A stretch of DNA of 64,000 bases from a virus: the IMG/VR virus record IMGVR_UViG_3300042542_004852. One strand, given 5' to 3'. Position numbers and translations under genes: made by a program. Each line of letters begins with the position of its first letter. Within the stretch, counting starts at the first letter, position 1. The notes below the pieces were generated by a model. The model was not told the origin of the DNA and searched no databases. It saw only the letters and a list, made by a program, of their open reading frames with translations. Below are positions 25,494 to 34,128 of this stretch, piece after piece.

Positions 25494-26723
25494 ATGCCTC
25501 CAACGCCAACGCCAACGCCGCCACCTCCAACGCCACCTCCAACGCCGCCGCCGCCACCTCCAACGCCGCCGCCGCCACCTCCAACGCCGCCGCCGCCACC
25601 TCCAACGCCGCCGCCGCCACCTCCAACGCCGCCGCCGCCACCTCCAACGCCGCCAACGACATACGGTTATACTGGAACAGACTGCAATGGTGGTTCTATA
25701 ACGATTTATACTTATCAGCCTAGTTTTTCCGCTAATGATACGGCTTATTCTGATTCAGGCGGGGCATCTCCTTACAGTGGTTATTTCATTTACAACGGAA
25801 GCGTTTATTCATACACTGGTGGCACTAGCACACTAGTAACTTCTTACAGTAATAGCGTGTCAGAATGCGCTGGTGGTACAATAACGATTTATACTGCTGA
25901 AGGTCCAGCATTTAACGTTAGCTATACTGCTTACACTAATGCGTGTTTAACTACGCTTTTTAATGGAGCTATTTTTAACGGTGGAAATAATTACAAATAT
26001 TCGAGCGGCGTTGCTTCTCAGTCCTATAGTTATGTTGGAACGCTCTGCAATGGCTCTCCTGTTACGATCTATACTAGTCAATCTAGTTTTTCCACTATCA
26101 GCACTGCTTTTGCTGATGAGTGTTTAACTACGACTTACGCTGGATTTTTTATTTACGGTGGAGTTGCTTATTCTTATTCAAGCGGTAATGGTTCTCGATA
26201 TTCTTACGCTCATGTTGGAACAGATTGCAATGGCAATTCTGTGACGATTTATACAACTTCTGCTATTTGGTCCGATACTGATACTGCTTATTCTGATCAG
26301 TGTCGTACAACAACCTATAGTGGATATTTTATTGCTAGTGGAGCGGTAGCGGTTTATTCTTATTCTAGTGGCATCGCCTCTTTAAGCTCTTGCTCAACAC
26401 CGCCGCCACCACCAACGCCGCCGCCAACGCCGCCGCCGCCAACCCCAACGCCCCCTCCAAGTCCAGTACCATCTTACACCAATCCCAACATTCTAAAAGC
26501 AGACATCCATTCAAGCTACGAAACTGGCTCTGGAGCTTGGCAAACTTATAGAGCTAATGTGACTGGATTGTTTGTTTCAAATTCTGGCGCAAACAGAGCA
26601 GACTATCGCGATCACCTTATTAGAGAATTTAATCGTAAAATCAGCATTTTAAATCAGCCCACGGGATTGTTTATCAGGCCGTTTGACGATGGTTTTAGGT
26701 TTACGGGAACTTCAGTTTATTAA
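25494..26723 (+). CDS. Pro-rich repetitive probable virion protein
   Basis: (TPPPPPP)n N-terminus, four Tyr/Cys repeats of about 50 aa (GTDCNG..TIYT), a second Pro tract, and a C-terminal domain shared with the next gene. Confidence 0.7.
   Translation: MPPTPTPTPPPPTPPPTPPPPPPTPPPPPPTPPPPPPTPPPPPPTPPPPPPTPPTTYGYTGTDCNGGSITIYTYQPSFSANDTAYSDSGGASPYSGYFIYNGSVYSYTGGTSTLVTSYSNSVSECAGGTITIYTAEGPAFNVSYTAYTNACLTTLFNGAIFNGGNNYKYSSGVASQSYSYVGTLCNGSPVTIYTSQSSFSTISTAFADECLTTTYAGFFIYGGVAYSYSSGNGSRYSYAHVGTDCNGNSVTIYTTSAIWSDTDTAYSDQCRTTTYSGYFIASGAVAVYSYSSGIASLSSCSTPPPPPTPPPTPPPPTPTPPPSPVPSYTNPNILKADIHSSYETGSGAWQTYRANVTGLFVSNSGANRADYRDHLIREFNRKISILNQPTGLFIRPFDDGFRFTGTSVY
25539..25643 (+). repeat. Five perfect 21-bp tandem repeats (coding PTPPPPP)
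   Basis: CCAACGCCGCCGCCGCCACCT five times. Confidence 0.95.
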
Positions 26724-26732
26724 TTTTAAAAT

Positions 26733-27593
26733 ATGACACTTTACTATATAGATCAAGGTTCAGGGCTTTGGAATGATCCTGACAACTGGTTTCAAAACGA
26801 AGCTGGAACTATTCCTAATGGCCTTGTTCCAAGTCCACTTGATGATTGTGTAATTAATGCTGGTAATACTGCTGATGAGTTGATTGGCACACATAGTAGC
26901 GTTGTCAACAATGGCACAATCATTCAAAACTTCGATGCCATCACTATCAACAACGGCACCGTCAACTACAATGGCAGCACCGTTGAAGCCAACAATGGCA
27001 CTATTGATGCCAACGACGGAATCGTTGACACTAACGATGGCACTGTCACTGTCAATAACAACAGCGGCACCGTCATCTTCAACTACAACACTGTCGTCAA
27101 CAACAACGGTACGGTCACTTCCAACTACTACAACAGCATCCTCACCGTCAACAACAACAGCATCACCTACAACTACGGCACCGTCACGACCAACAACAGT
27201 GGCGGCACCATTGATACTAACGACGGCACTATTGACAACAACAACGGTACCGTCAATTACAACTCCAGCGAAGGCACAGTAACCAACAACTGTGGTACCA
27301 TCATTACTAATGAGGGTTTTGCTGGCCCATGTCCCACATCGTCTTATACTAATCCCAATATTTTAAAAGCTGACCTTCATGCGAGCTACGAGACTGGCCT
27401 TGGAACTTGGCAAAATTATCGCGCTAACGTGACTGGATTGTTCGCAGCGAATTCTGGAACTAATCGAAGTGATTACCGCGATCACCTTATTCGAGAATTT
27501 AATCGTAAAATTAGCGTTTTAAATCAACCAACAGGTTTGTTTATCAGACCGTTTGATGATGGTTTTAGATTTACGGGAGTTTCAATACAATAA
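26733..27593 (+). CDS. Beta-solenoid (NNGT-repeat) probable virion protein
   Basis: GLWNDPDNW...VPS..DD autotransporter-like start, NNGT(V/I) repeats, shared C-terminal domain. Confidence 0.7.
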   Translation: MTLYYIDQGSGLWNDPDNWFQNEAGTIPNGLVPSPLDDCVINAGNTADELIGTHSSVVNNGTIIQNFDAITINNGTVNYNGSTVEANNGTIDANDGIVDTNDGTVTVNNNSGTVIFNYNTVVNNNGTVTSNYYNSILTVNNNSITYNYGTVTTNNSGGTIDTNDGTIDNNNGTVNYNSSEGTVTNNCGTIITNEGFAGPCPTSSYTNPNILKADLHASYETGLGTWQNYRANVTGLFAANSGTNRSDYRDHLIREFNRKISVLNQPTGLFIRPFDDGFRFTGVSIQ

Positions 27594-27622
27594 AAAAGGG
27601 CGGGATTTCTCCCGCCCTTTTT
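27593..27622. terminator. Bidirectional terminator
   Basis: AAAAAGGGCGGGA-TTTC-TCCCGCCCTTTTT between convergent genes. Confidence 0.9.
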
Positions 27623-27637
27623 CTTAGTTCTTACTTC

Positions 27638-28636
27638 TTAGTCTTCCAAGTCAATCTCTAGTCCTTCATCTCCTTCGCTCCAGAAGTATCCAAGATCATC
27701 AAGCGCTTCCAGCACTCGATTCTTTGAAGGGTATTCAGGAGAGAAACTGTTCTGGACTTTGCGAACAGTCACAGAGGAGTAACCTTTCTTCTTTACGCCC
27801 TCAAGATACTTATCAACGCGATCCAAAAAATCACAGCGACTCTGAACAGTTTCGTTCTGCAAAGGTTCATTGCTTTCGTCAACAACAGGAGCTTTGATTT
27901 CCTGCTCAAACACAGAAACAACCTTGTAAGCTGAAACTCGGCACTTTTGGCAAGAGTAGTCCTTTGGAACGCTCACAACGTCCTTTGGATTCACCTTGAC
28001 CACCACAACAGAACCATGAGCAAAGTCGCGAGCATAGTCGAGACTGCCAACATGAAGACCAAATGAACAATGGTGATCGCGATTGTCGTCAACATCGCGA
28101 CGTTTCACTTCAATCTCTGCGCCAACAGTGTTGAGAATGCGGCCACGTTCATCTACAATGCCTTTAACAACCTTGGTTGCCTTGTTGCCACTGATGCTCC
28201 AGAAATCGTTTTCCAAGCCCTTATAAGCAAGGAAACAGCCATCCTCAGTGATGGGGAGTTCCTTGTAAGCAAGGAATTCATAGAGTTCATTCACAGAAGA
28301 GGCAGAAGGATTGTCTTGAAGGTTTTGCCAAAACTTCTCAAACAAATTGAGCGGCAAACCTTCACGATGAATGGATCGCACCTTGTCTGCAAGAGCTTTT
28401 GGAAGAGTTTCGCCCTTGTAGAGAACCTCTTCTGGAGAGATTTTAAATCCATTCTTTTCAACACGCTCAGCAGTCTTTTCGAGCGCTTTGCGAATTGCAG
28501 CTTCTTGCTGATTTTCGGGAAGGTCAAATGCCTCAATGATTTTGGCGTATTGATTGGAACCCTTCTCGAATTTGATGGGCTTGTTGTCGAGGAACAGGAC
28601 AATGCCTGCGTTGTTGATGATGTATGAGAAGTTCAT
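27638..28636 (-). CDS. rIIB: rIIB-like protein
   Basis: NPS...ELYEFL...PITEDGCFLAYK...CSFGLHVG...VKVNPKDVVSVP.DY...KCRV. Confidence 0.88.
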   Translation of the reverse strand: MNFSYIINNAGIVLFLDNKPIKFEKGSNQYAKIIEAFDLPENQQEAAIRKALEKTAERVEKNGFKISPEEVLYKGETLPKALADKVRSIHREGLPLNLFEKFWQNLQDNPSASSVNELYEFLAYKELPITEDGCFLAYKGLENDFWSISGNKATKVVKGIVDERGRILNTVGAEIEVKRRDVDDNRDHHCSFGLHVGSLDYARDFAHGSVVVVKVNPKDVVSVPKDYSCQKCRVSAYKVVSVFEQEIKAPVVDESNEPLQNETVQSRCDFLDRVDKYLEGVKKKGYSSVTVRKVQNSFSPEYPSKNRVLEALDDLGYFWSEGDEGLEIDLED

Positions 28637-28676
28637 AATTCTGTTATTATAGTTTGGGTTGTGGGTTTGTCAAGGA

Positions 28677-30617
28677 TTATTTAAGGCGAAGAATGGTGCG
28701 AAGTTCTTTGCGAGAAATGCGAGGGCTTTTCGAGTAGTAAAATGAGCCGCTATCATGCATGGTTCCCATAATTTTGCCGCGAATAGAAGTTTCTTTTCTG
28801 ATCTTATCAAATACACAGTTTGCTTTGACGCTGAATTTAGCATTGCGCTCTGCTTTTTTAGCCAAGGCATCAATGACATCAACGCTCAAAAATGGCTTTC
28901 TAAGATTGCTGATGTTTTGGGCAATGTTTCTTTTTTCATTCTCAAGTTGAGCCACTTGTTCATGCTTATTCTTATATTCTTCACTATCTGCATCAAGAAA
29001 ACCAAGGGAGATTAGGTTCTTGTACATGTTTGCACCGCGAACAACTGTAGTGGTGCAGCAAGAGTTTGAATTGGACTTTTTAACCGTAAACGCATTGAGT
29101 TTTCGCAAAGAATCAAAAGTCATTTCACTAATGTTTTGCTTAGCTTGTGCAATGTTGCTGACGGATGCCAAATTATCATGCATGCTGCAAATATTATTAT
29201 AAACGCCCAAAGCATCCAAGTGAAGGTTTCTATAGTTGCCTGATTTTTCTTTCAAGGAAACAGAGAAAGGAGTTTCCATAGATGGATTGGCTTTGGTTCT
29301 TTCAGTTTTTGGCAAACCAAAGATGCTGCTTTTCACATTGCGCGTTTCAAAGATTTCATTAATCTTTTTCGTATCGCATTCTTCCAAATCCTTTGAGCAG
29401 ATTAGGTAGTATTTTTTGCCATTTTTAATAGCGAAAGAGCTAAACTTCTCTCTCCAATATTCGAGAGTTCTGCGAGATTTGATGATGGCGCAGACTGGTT
29501 TGTTTTTGAACTTTTCAAAATCTGTTGCGCTGCCAATAACAGAAACACCTTGCACAAAAGGATAAATATCTTTATAAGCGTTCTTTTTATGAGATTGAAA
29601 ATGTTCGCTTTCAACATAAACATTGTCCCGATCTTTGATTAACTCTTCTAAAGACATTGGCTTGACAGCCTTGATTTCTTCTTGAGCAGCTTCGACAACT
29701 GCTGCTTCAATAGCGCCAATAACACGATTGTTGCTAGCAGTGTTTTCGAAATTCTCACGCGAGATTGGCAAACTCATAGTTCCAATCGGAACATCAACAC
29801 ACAACACAGTCTTTTCTTTAAGATAAGGTGTTTTCAAAATTGATGCAATGGAGCAATATTTATAAGTCACATTGCCCATCTTAATGTGAAGATTGTTTGG
29901 TTCGAAGACGTTTGCCGATATTTGGAAGAATCTGAAAGTGAAACCATTTTTTTCAATTTGCGACAGCGGCTTCATTGCTTCAATGCGCCCGTTCCAATCT
30001 TCAAAAACAATATTGGCCGAGCAGTATTCTACAAAACGAATGCCTTTTTGTTTAAAATTGTTGATGTCCGAAGAGGATTTAATTTCCAAATAAACTTCCA
30101 AGCCAGTCTCTTGAGTGGCATCTTCACTCACTTTCAAGATGTGACCAACAGGAACGCCACTGTTTCCGCCGCCCAATGCACAAGCATAGAGCGTGCAAAC
30201 GCCATTGTGGTAGCTTTTGATATAGAAAGTATCAGTGTAGCAGTGCGCTGCTTTGGAACCAATGCCAAAACCGCCGATTTGCTCATTATCGCCGCTCTTT
30301 GTGCTGCGAAAATACATGCCAAACACATTGCGAATATCATGCTCGCTCAAACCCTTGGCAAAGTCGCGAACAAAAAAGATGCTTGAGTCTCCTTCATTAC
30401 GAATACCAATCTCTACTGCTTTCTCAATCTTATGCTTTTTATGCTCGTCAAGAGCATTGCAAGCGTATTCGCGCACAACAGCTTGAACTTTGTCGCTGTA
30501 AATCTTGTCGCGAAGATAATAAGATGCCATTTCTGAACCTTTAGCGTCCATTCCCATGACGGAAGAAGACATGTTTTCAGAAGTGATGAGAGGGTTTGCA
30601 ATTGTTTGTGTTTTCAT
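28677..30617 (-). CDS. rIIA: rIIA-like protein (GHKL ATPase N-terminus)
   Basis: IYSDKVQAVVREYACNALD, DFAKGLS, STK, IGGFGIGSK, ISRE. Adjacent to rIIB. Confidence 0.88.
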   Translation of the reverse strand: MKTQTIANPLITSENMSSSVMGMDAKGSEMASYYLRDKIYSDKVQAVVREYACNALDEHKKHKIEKAVEIGIRNEGDSSIFFVRDFAKGLSEHDIRNVFGMYFRSTKSGDNEQIGGFGIGSKAAHCYTDTFYIKSYHNGVCTLYACALGGGNSGVPVGHILKVSEDATQETGLEVYLEIKSSSDINNFKQKGIRFVEYCSANIVFEDWNGRIEAMKPLSQIEKNGFTFRFFQISANVFEPNNLHIKMGNVTYKYCSIASILKTPYLKEKTVLCVDVPIGTMSLPISRENFENTASNNRVIGAIEAAVVEAAQEEIKAVKPMSLEELIKDRDNVYVESEHFQSHKKNAYKDIYPFVQGVSVIGSATDFEKFKNKPVCAIIKSRRTLEYWREKFSSFAIKNGKKYYLICSKDLEECDTKKINEIFETRNVKSSIFGLPKTERTKANPSMETPFSVSLKEKSGNYRNLHLDALGVYNNICSMHDNLASVSNIAQAKQNISEMTFDSLRKLNAFTVKKSNSNSCCTTTVVRGANMYKNLISLGFLDADSEEYKNKHEQVAQLENEKRNIAQNISNLRKPFLSVDVIDALAKKAERNAKFSVKANCVFDKIRKETSIRGKIMGTMHDSGSFYYSKSPRISRKELRTILRLK

Positions 30618-30661
30618 CGTGAGTTAATATACTGGCAAAATAGTGTTTGTCAATCAGAAAT

Positions 30662-30774
30662 TGGTAAGTGCGACAAGATTTGAACTTGCACTATACACGG
30701 TATCCTTACGGCTGGTTTGGTATAGGGAACTTGGCTCATGAAACCAAGGCGTCTTTGCATTTCGCCACGCACTT
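30662..30774 (-). tRNA. 113-nt tRNA with Leu-type body, CAU anticodon and oversized variable arm
   Basis: Acceptor AAGTGCG/CGCACTT-ACCA, D arm GCG-AAATGCAAAGA-CGC, loop TT-CAT-GA, about 40-nt variable region (CTATAC/GTATAG), T arm GCAAG-TTCAAAT-CTTGT. Confidence 0.8.
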
Positions 30775-30881
30775 TTTTATTAATTTTAATTTGGGCGGTC
30801 TGCTTTATCTCCTATCACAGTCGAGAATCACTGTATAGAATCGGAGGCTGACTCGCAATCTCGAAAATTAACTAAAGAGTT

Positions 30882-32154
30882 TTATACTACTTTAATAAGT
30901 TCGTGAATATCGTCATTGATATTCTTGACAAACTTGTAGCTGTCTTCATTCAAGAAATTAAGCATAGTGTCAAAATCAACAGGACCACCAAAATCAGAGT
31001 AAACTGTCAAACCATTAAGACCAGCAATTTGATACAGCTTGTCTGAGTAATTGCATTCAATGATTAGAACTGAATTAAATTCAGTCTGGAACACATCTCC
31101 AGTGTTAAAATGCTCGATCTTCTCATCGAAGTCTGGCTCGCTGTCAACGTTAGCATCAGTGTCTTCAATAAGGCCAAGTTGGATGAGCTTGTTGAGATTG
31201 ACTTTGTATTCTTTATTGTCTAGTGTGAGGGTTGCTTTCATGTGTTTATTGTATCAGGGTTTTAGGGATTGTCAAGGACAAAGTTGAATTTGAGTTGGTT
31301 TTTGTTTTCGGGTTCAGGTTCTTGAAGTTCTGCCGCGATTTCTGGAAAAGCGTCTGTGAGGAAACTCTCAACCAAAAGCTCTGCCATTGTTGGACCTGCG
31401 ACAACTTCTTGAAGAGTTTTAATTGAGTTTTTAATTGCCAGTTTTTGTGTTTTATTCATGATTTGATAGTATGATTTTAATTCCAAAGAAAACACCAACA
31501 ATTGCCAAAAACAACAACCAAAACAATTGAAAATCAGTTAATTGATGGGTCATCGGGTTTCTGCGCTTGCAGGATTCTTTGATTGAATAATTGGAGCAAT
31601 AATGCAAGCTGCTCGTCAGTGCAGTTGCAAATTATATCATCGCCTCTCTCAGCATGAAAACCAATCACTAAATACTTGTCAAAAATAGACTCCAAGTGAG
31701 CCTCTGCAAGAGTTTTTGCGATTTCAATTTTACTCTTGTCCATAAAGAATTTGAAAAATATCTCGATTGAGTTGGTGAGCGTCTTCTAGCCGTTGTGACA
31801 ATTCTTGCAAGCGATCTGCTGCTTCAATCAAGCAAGCATTAACAATGCCGTCTTCTGTTTCTATATCTCGCGCTAAAACTTGCAAAGCAGAGATTATGGT
31901 TGGCGTGGATGAGTTCATGGAATTTGTTTCAAGAAATTAATCATACTATTGATTGATTGTTTGTCAAGCAAAACTTGATCGCCATAGGGGATTCCTGTTT
32001 TGAGAATTTTCCAGCAGTGGCGCAAACGATGCCAAAAACTAAACCTATGTGTACCATAAGGTTCCCATATTGAAATATTTAGTTGTTCAAACTCTTCGTC
32101 CCATTCGAGATGAAGTTCTTCGCTGTGGCAGGCGCATGGTAGAGTTTTATTCAT
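30882..32154 (-). other. Small hypothetical genes
   Basis: Packed co-oriented ORFs (30882-31241, 31262-about 31459, 31534-31743, 31730-31918, 31915-about 32154). Confidence 0.6.
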
Positions 32155-32659
32155 GTTTGCAAATATAGACGTTTTTATGATTGTTTTCAAAGATTTGATG
32201 GAGAATGTCTTGCACCGTTTCCCAATCAGCACCACCTAAGCCACAGCCAATTTTATATGGAATATAAATATCTTTTAAAGTGATTGGTACGTCTTCAACG
32301 CCGAGAACACCAAAACTTACTGTCTCCATATCATTACCTAAAAAGATTCTATCTGCAATACTTGCAAACCCCCTAATTAATGCCGCATATTCTGTTTGTT
32401 GTTTTCCTGTTCCAACGCCATATTGGCCAAATAGATTAGCAACAACGACATTATGCGCAACATTCACTTCAAACACACTACCCAACAGCATAATAGGTGA
32501 CTTTTGACTTCGGACATGAGAGCGATATTCTCCTGCATTAACAGGCCATTTGCGCCCAATTGCACCAGCCAATCCACCAACTGCACCAATGCAATTAACA
32601 GAGTGAACGATAACACCTTTATCTACTGTAAGGATGTCTTTATTGATTGTTGTAATCAT
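32147..32659 (-). CDS. Macro domain (ADP-ribose binding/hydrolase) protein
   Basis: KDIL...IVHSVNCIGAVGGLAGAI...NLFGQ...PYKIGCGLGGADW. Confidence 0.88.
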   Translation of the reverse strand: MITTINKDILTVDKGVIVHSVNCIGAVGGLAGAIGRKWPVNAGEYRSHVRSQKSPIMLLGSVFEVNVAHNVVVANLFGQYGVGTGKQQTEYAALIRGFASIADRIFLGNDMETVSFGVLGVEDVPITLKDIYIPYKIGCGLGGADWETVQDILHQIFENNHKNVYICKHE

Positions 32660-33397
32660 AATTCAATTAATTTTGGAAATGGATGTTTTTCGTTGAACTC
32701 TTTTATTTTTAATACGATGTAGTTTGATGAGCCATATCGTTCTTTAATTTCTGGCAAATGCCAAGGAGTGAGACTCATGTGTTCCTCAAGTTTTTCTTGC
32801 CAAACTTTTATTTTAGCATGATACATTTGTAATTCGTTATCTGTTAATTCGAATTTCATTCTTTACTATAGAGTTTATCCCACAATTTGTCAACTTCATT
32901 TAGTGCATTTTTAGCAATGTCTGGCCACCCTGCCGCTCCATAATCCATATCAGCAATTTCTTTCAAAGCATTAAACATCACCGCCCATTGATCTTGGAAG
33001 CAATTATAATCTTTTAAATTAATTTCGCCGTATTTACAAACCACTGCTTCGCAGTTGATTGGTGGGCAGCAACCTGTTTCACCGCAGCTATTGCATTTGG
33101 CGCAGTATGGGGATTCTTCGCTATCAATTTGAGATTGAAGAGCGTCTTCTGGATAATTTTTTGGGTCGCAGATTAGCGGTTTAATTTCTTTACTATCGCT
33201 AAATTCCCCAATGATTTCACTTTCAAGAAAATAACAAATTTCAGTTGTGCTAGGAATTCTGAAACCATAAGCTAGTTCATCCACCACTTCTGTTTGACCT
33301 GTGCAAATACCTTCACCTGCATATCTGTTATAGTCGTATGGACCTTGACAGTTGAGCATGTATTTTTTGTCTTTAATTGGAATCATATTATTTTATC

Positions 33398-33754
33398 TTA
33401 AGCTTGCTCTTTTTCTTGATTTTCAAATACATTTCCGATTATTTTAACAAATCTCATATCAAGATCAGCAAATGATTCATTGCCGCATAACCAGCTACAA
33501 AATCCCCATCTTACAATCTCTTTGTCTTCATCATTGAAAATAATGTCACCTTCGTAAATGTAATTTCCGTTTTTATCCTTCAATCCAGTGTATTGCTGGA
33601 TAACATAATCATTTTCTGGCAAAACATCATCATAACCGCCATGATAAACTAGACCCACCAAAGAGATTGCTAAGCGTTTATGTGAAGCATCCCATTCATA
33701 AATCCACTTTTTATTCTGTTTATCCCAGATTCGGAATTTTAGTTGTCTATTCAT
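33398..33754 (-). CDS. YopX-family protein
   Basis: LKFRIWD...QYTGLKDKNG..IYEGDI...IIGNVFEN. Confidence 0.9.
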   Translation of the reverse strand: MNRQLKFRIWDKQNKKWIYEWDASHKRLAISLVGLVYHGGYDDVLPENDYVIQQYTGLKDKNGNYIYEGDIIFNDEDKEIVRWGFCSWLCGNESFADLDMRFVKIIGNVFENQEKEQA

Positions 33755-34128
33755 TTGTTTTTAATTAGTTCAGGGTTTTGCATGATGTTACCAATAACTT
33801 CTACATCAATCCATGATGGATCATAATCAGGTGAAAATATACAAGCGTCTTTAGGTAGAAACTCTATAAGAGGATTTGATGCTAAAGAAAAACCCCCAAT
33901 AATAAAGTCAATAGGTCCAGTCACCATTCCAGCGTTACAAATATCACCTTCGTAGATTTCTTTTCCGTTTTTATCCTTCAATCCAGTGTATTGTTGAATA
34001 GTGTATGGCTGATCTTGATACAAGTATTCAAGTTTTCCTGTTGAGTTAAAAACTTCTATACACGAAACATTGCCCCATTCTTTCGTATCGTGAAGCCAGA
34101 CTCGGAATTTTAGTTCTCTATTATTCAT
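33751..34128 (-). CDS. YopX-family protein (tandem paralog)
   Basis: LKFRVW...QYTGLKDKNGKEIYEGDI...VIGNIMQNPEL. Confidence 0.9.
   Translation of the reverse strand: MNNRELKFRVWLHDTKEWGNVSCIEVFNSTGKLEYLYQDQPYTIQQYTGLKDKNGKEIYEGDICNAGMVTGPIDFIIGGFSLASNPLIEFLPKDACIFSPDYDPSWIDVEVIGNIMQNPELIKNK

Noticed and set aside
25454-25723. Ala/Asn-rich ORF and the Thr-rich ORF at 26884-27282
   Set aside because: They are alternative frames of tandem-repeat coding DNA.
26471-27593. Diversity-generating retroelement (TR/VR pair, AAC-rich tract)
   Set aside because: Differences between the two copies are mostly synonymous and not adenine-specific, both copies are coding, and no reverse transcriptase is in the window.
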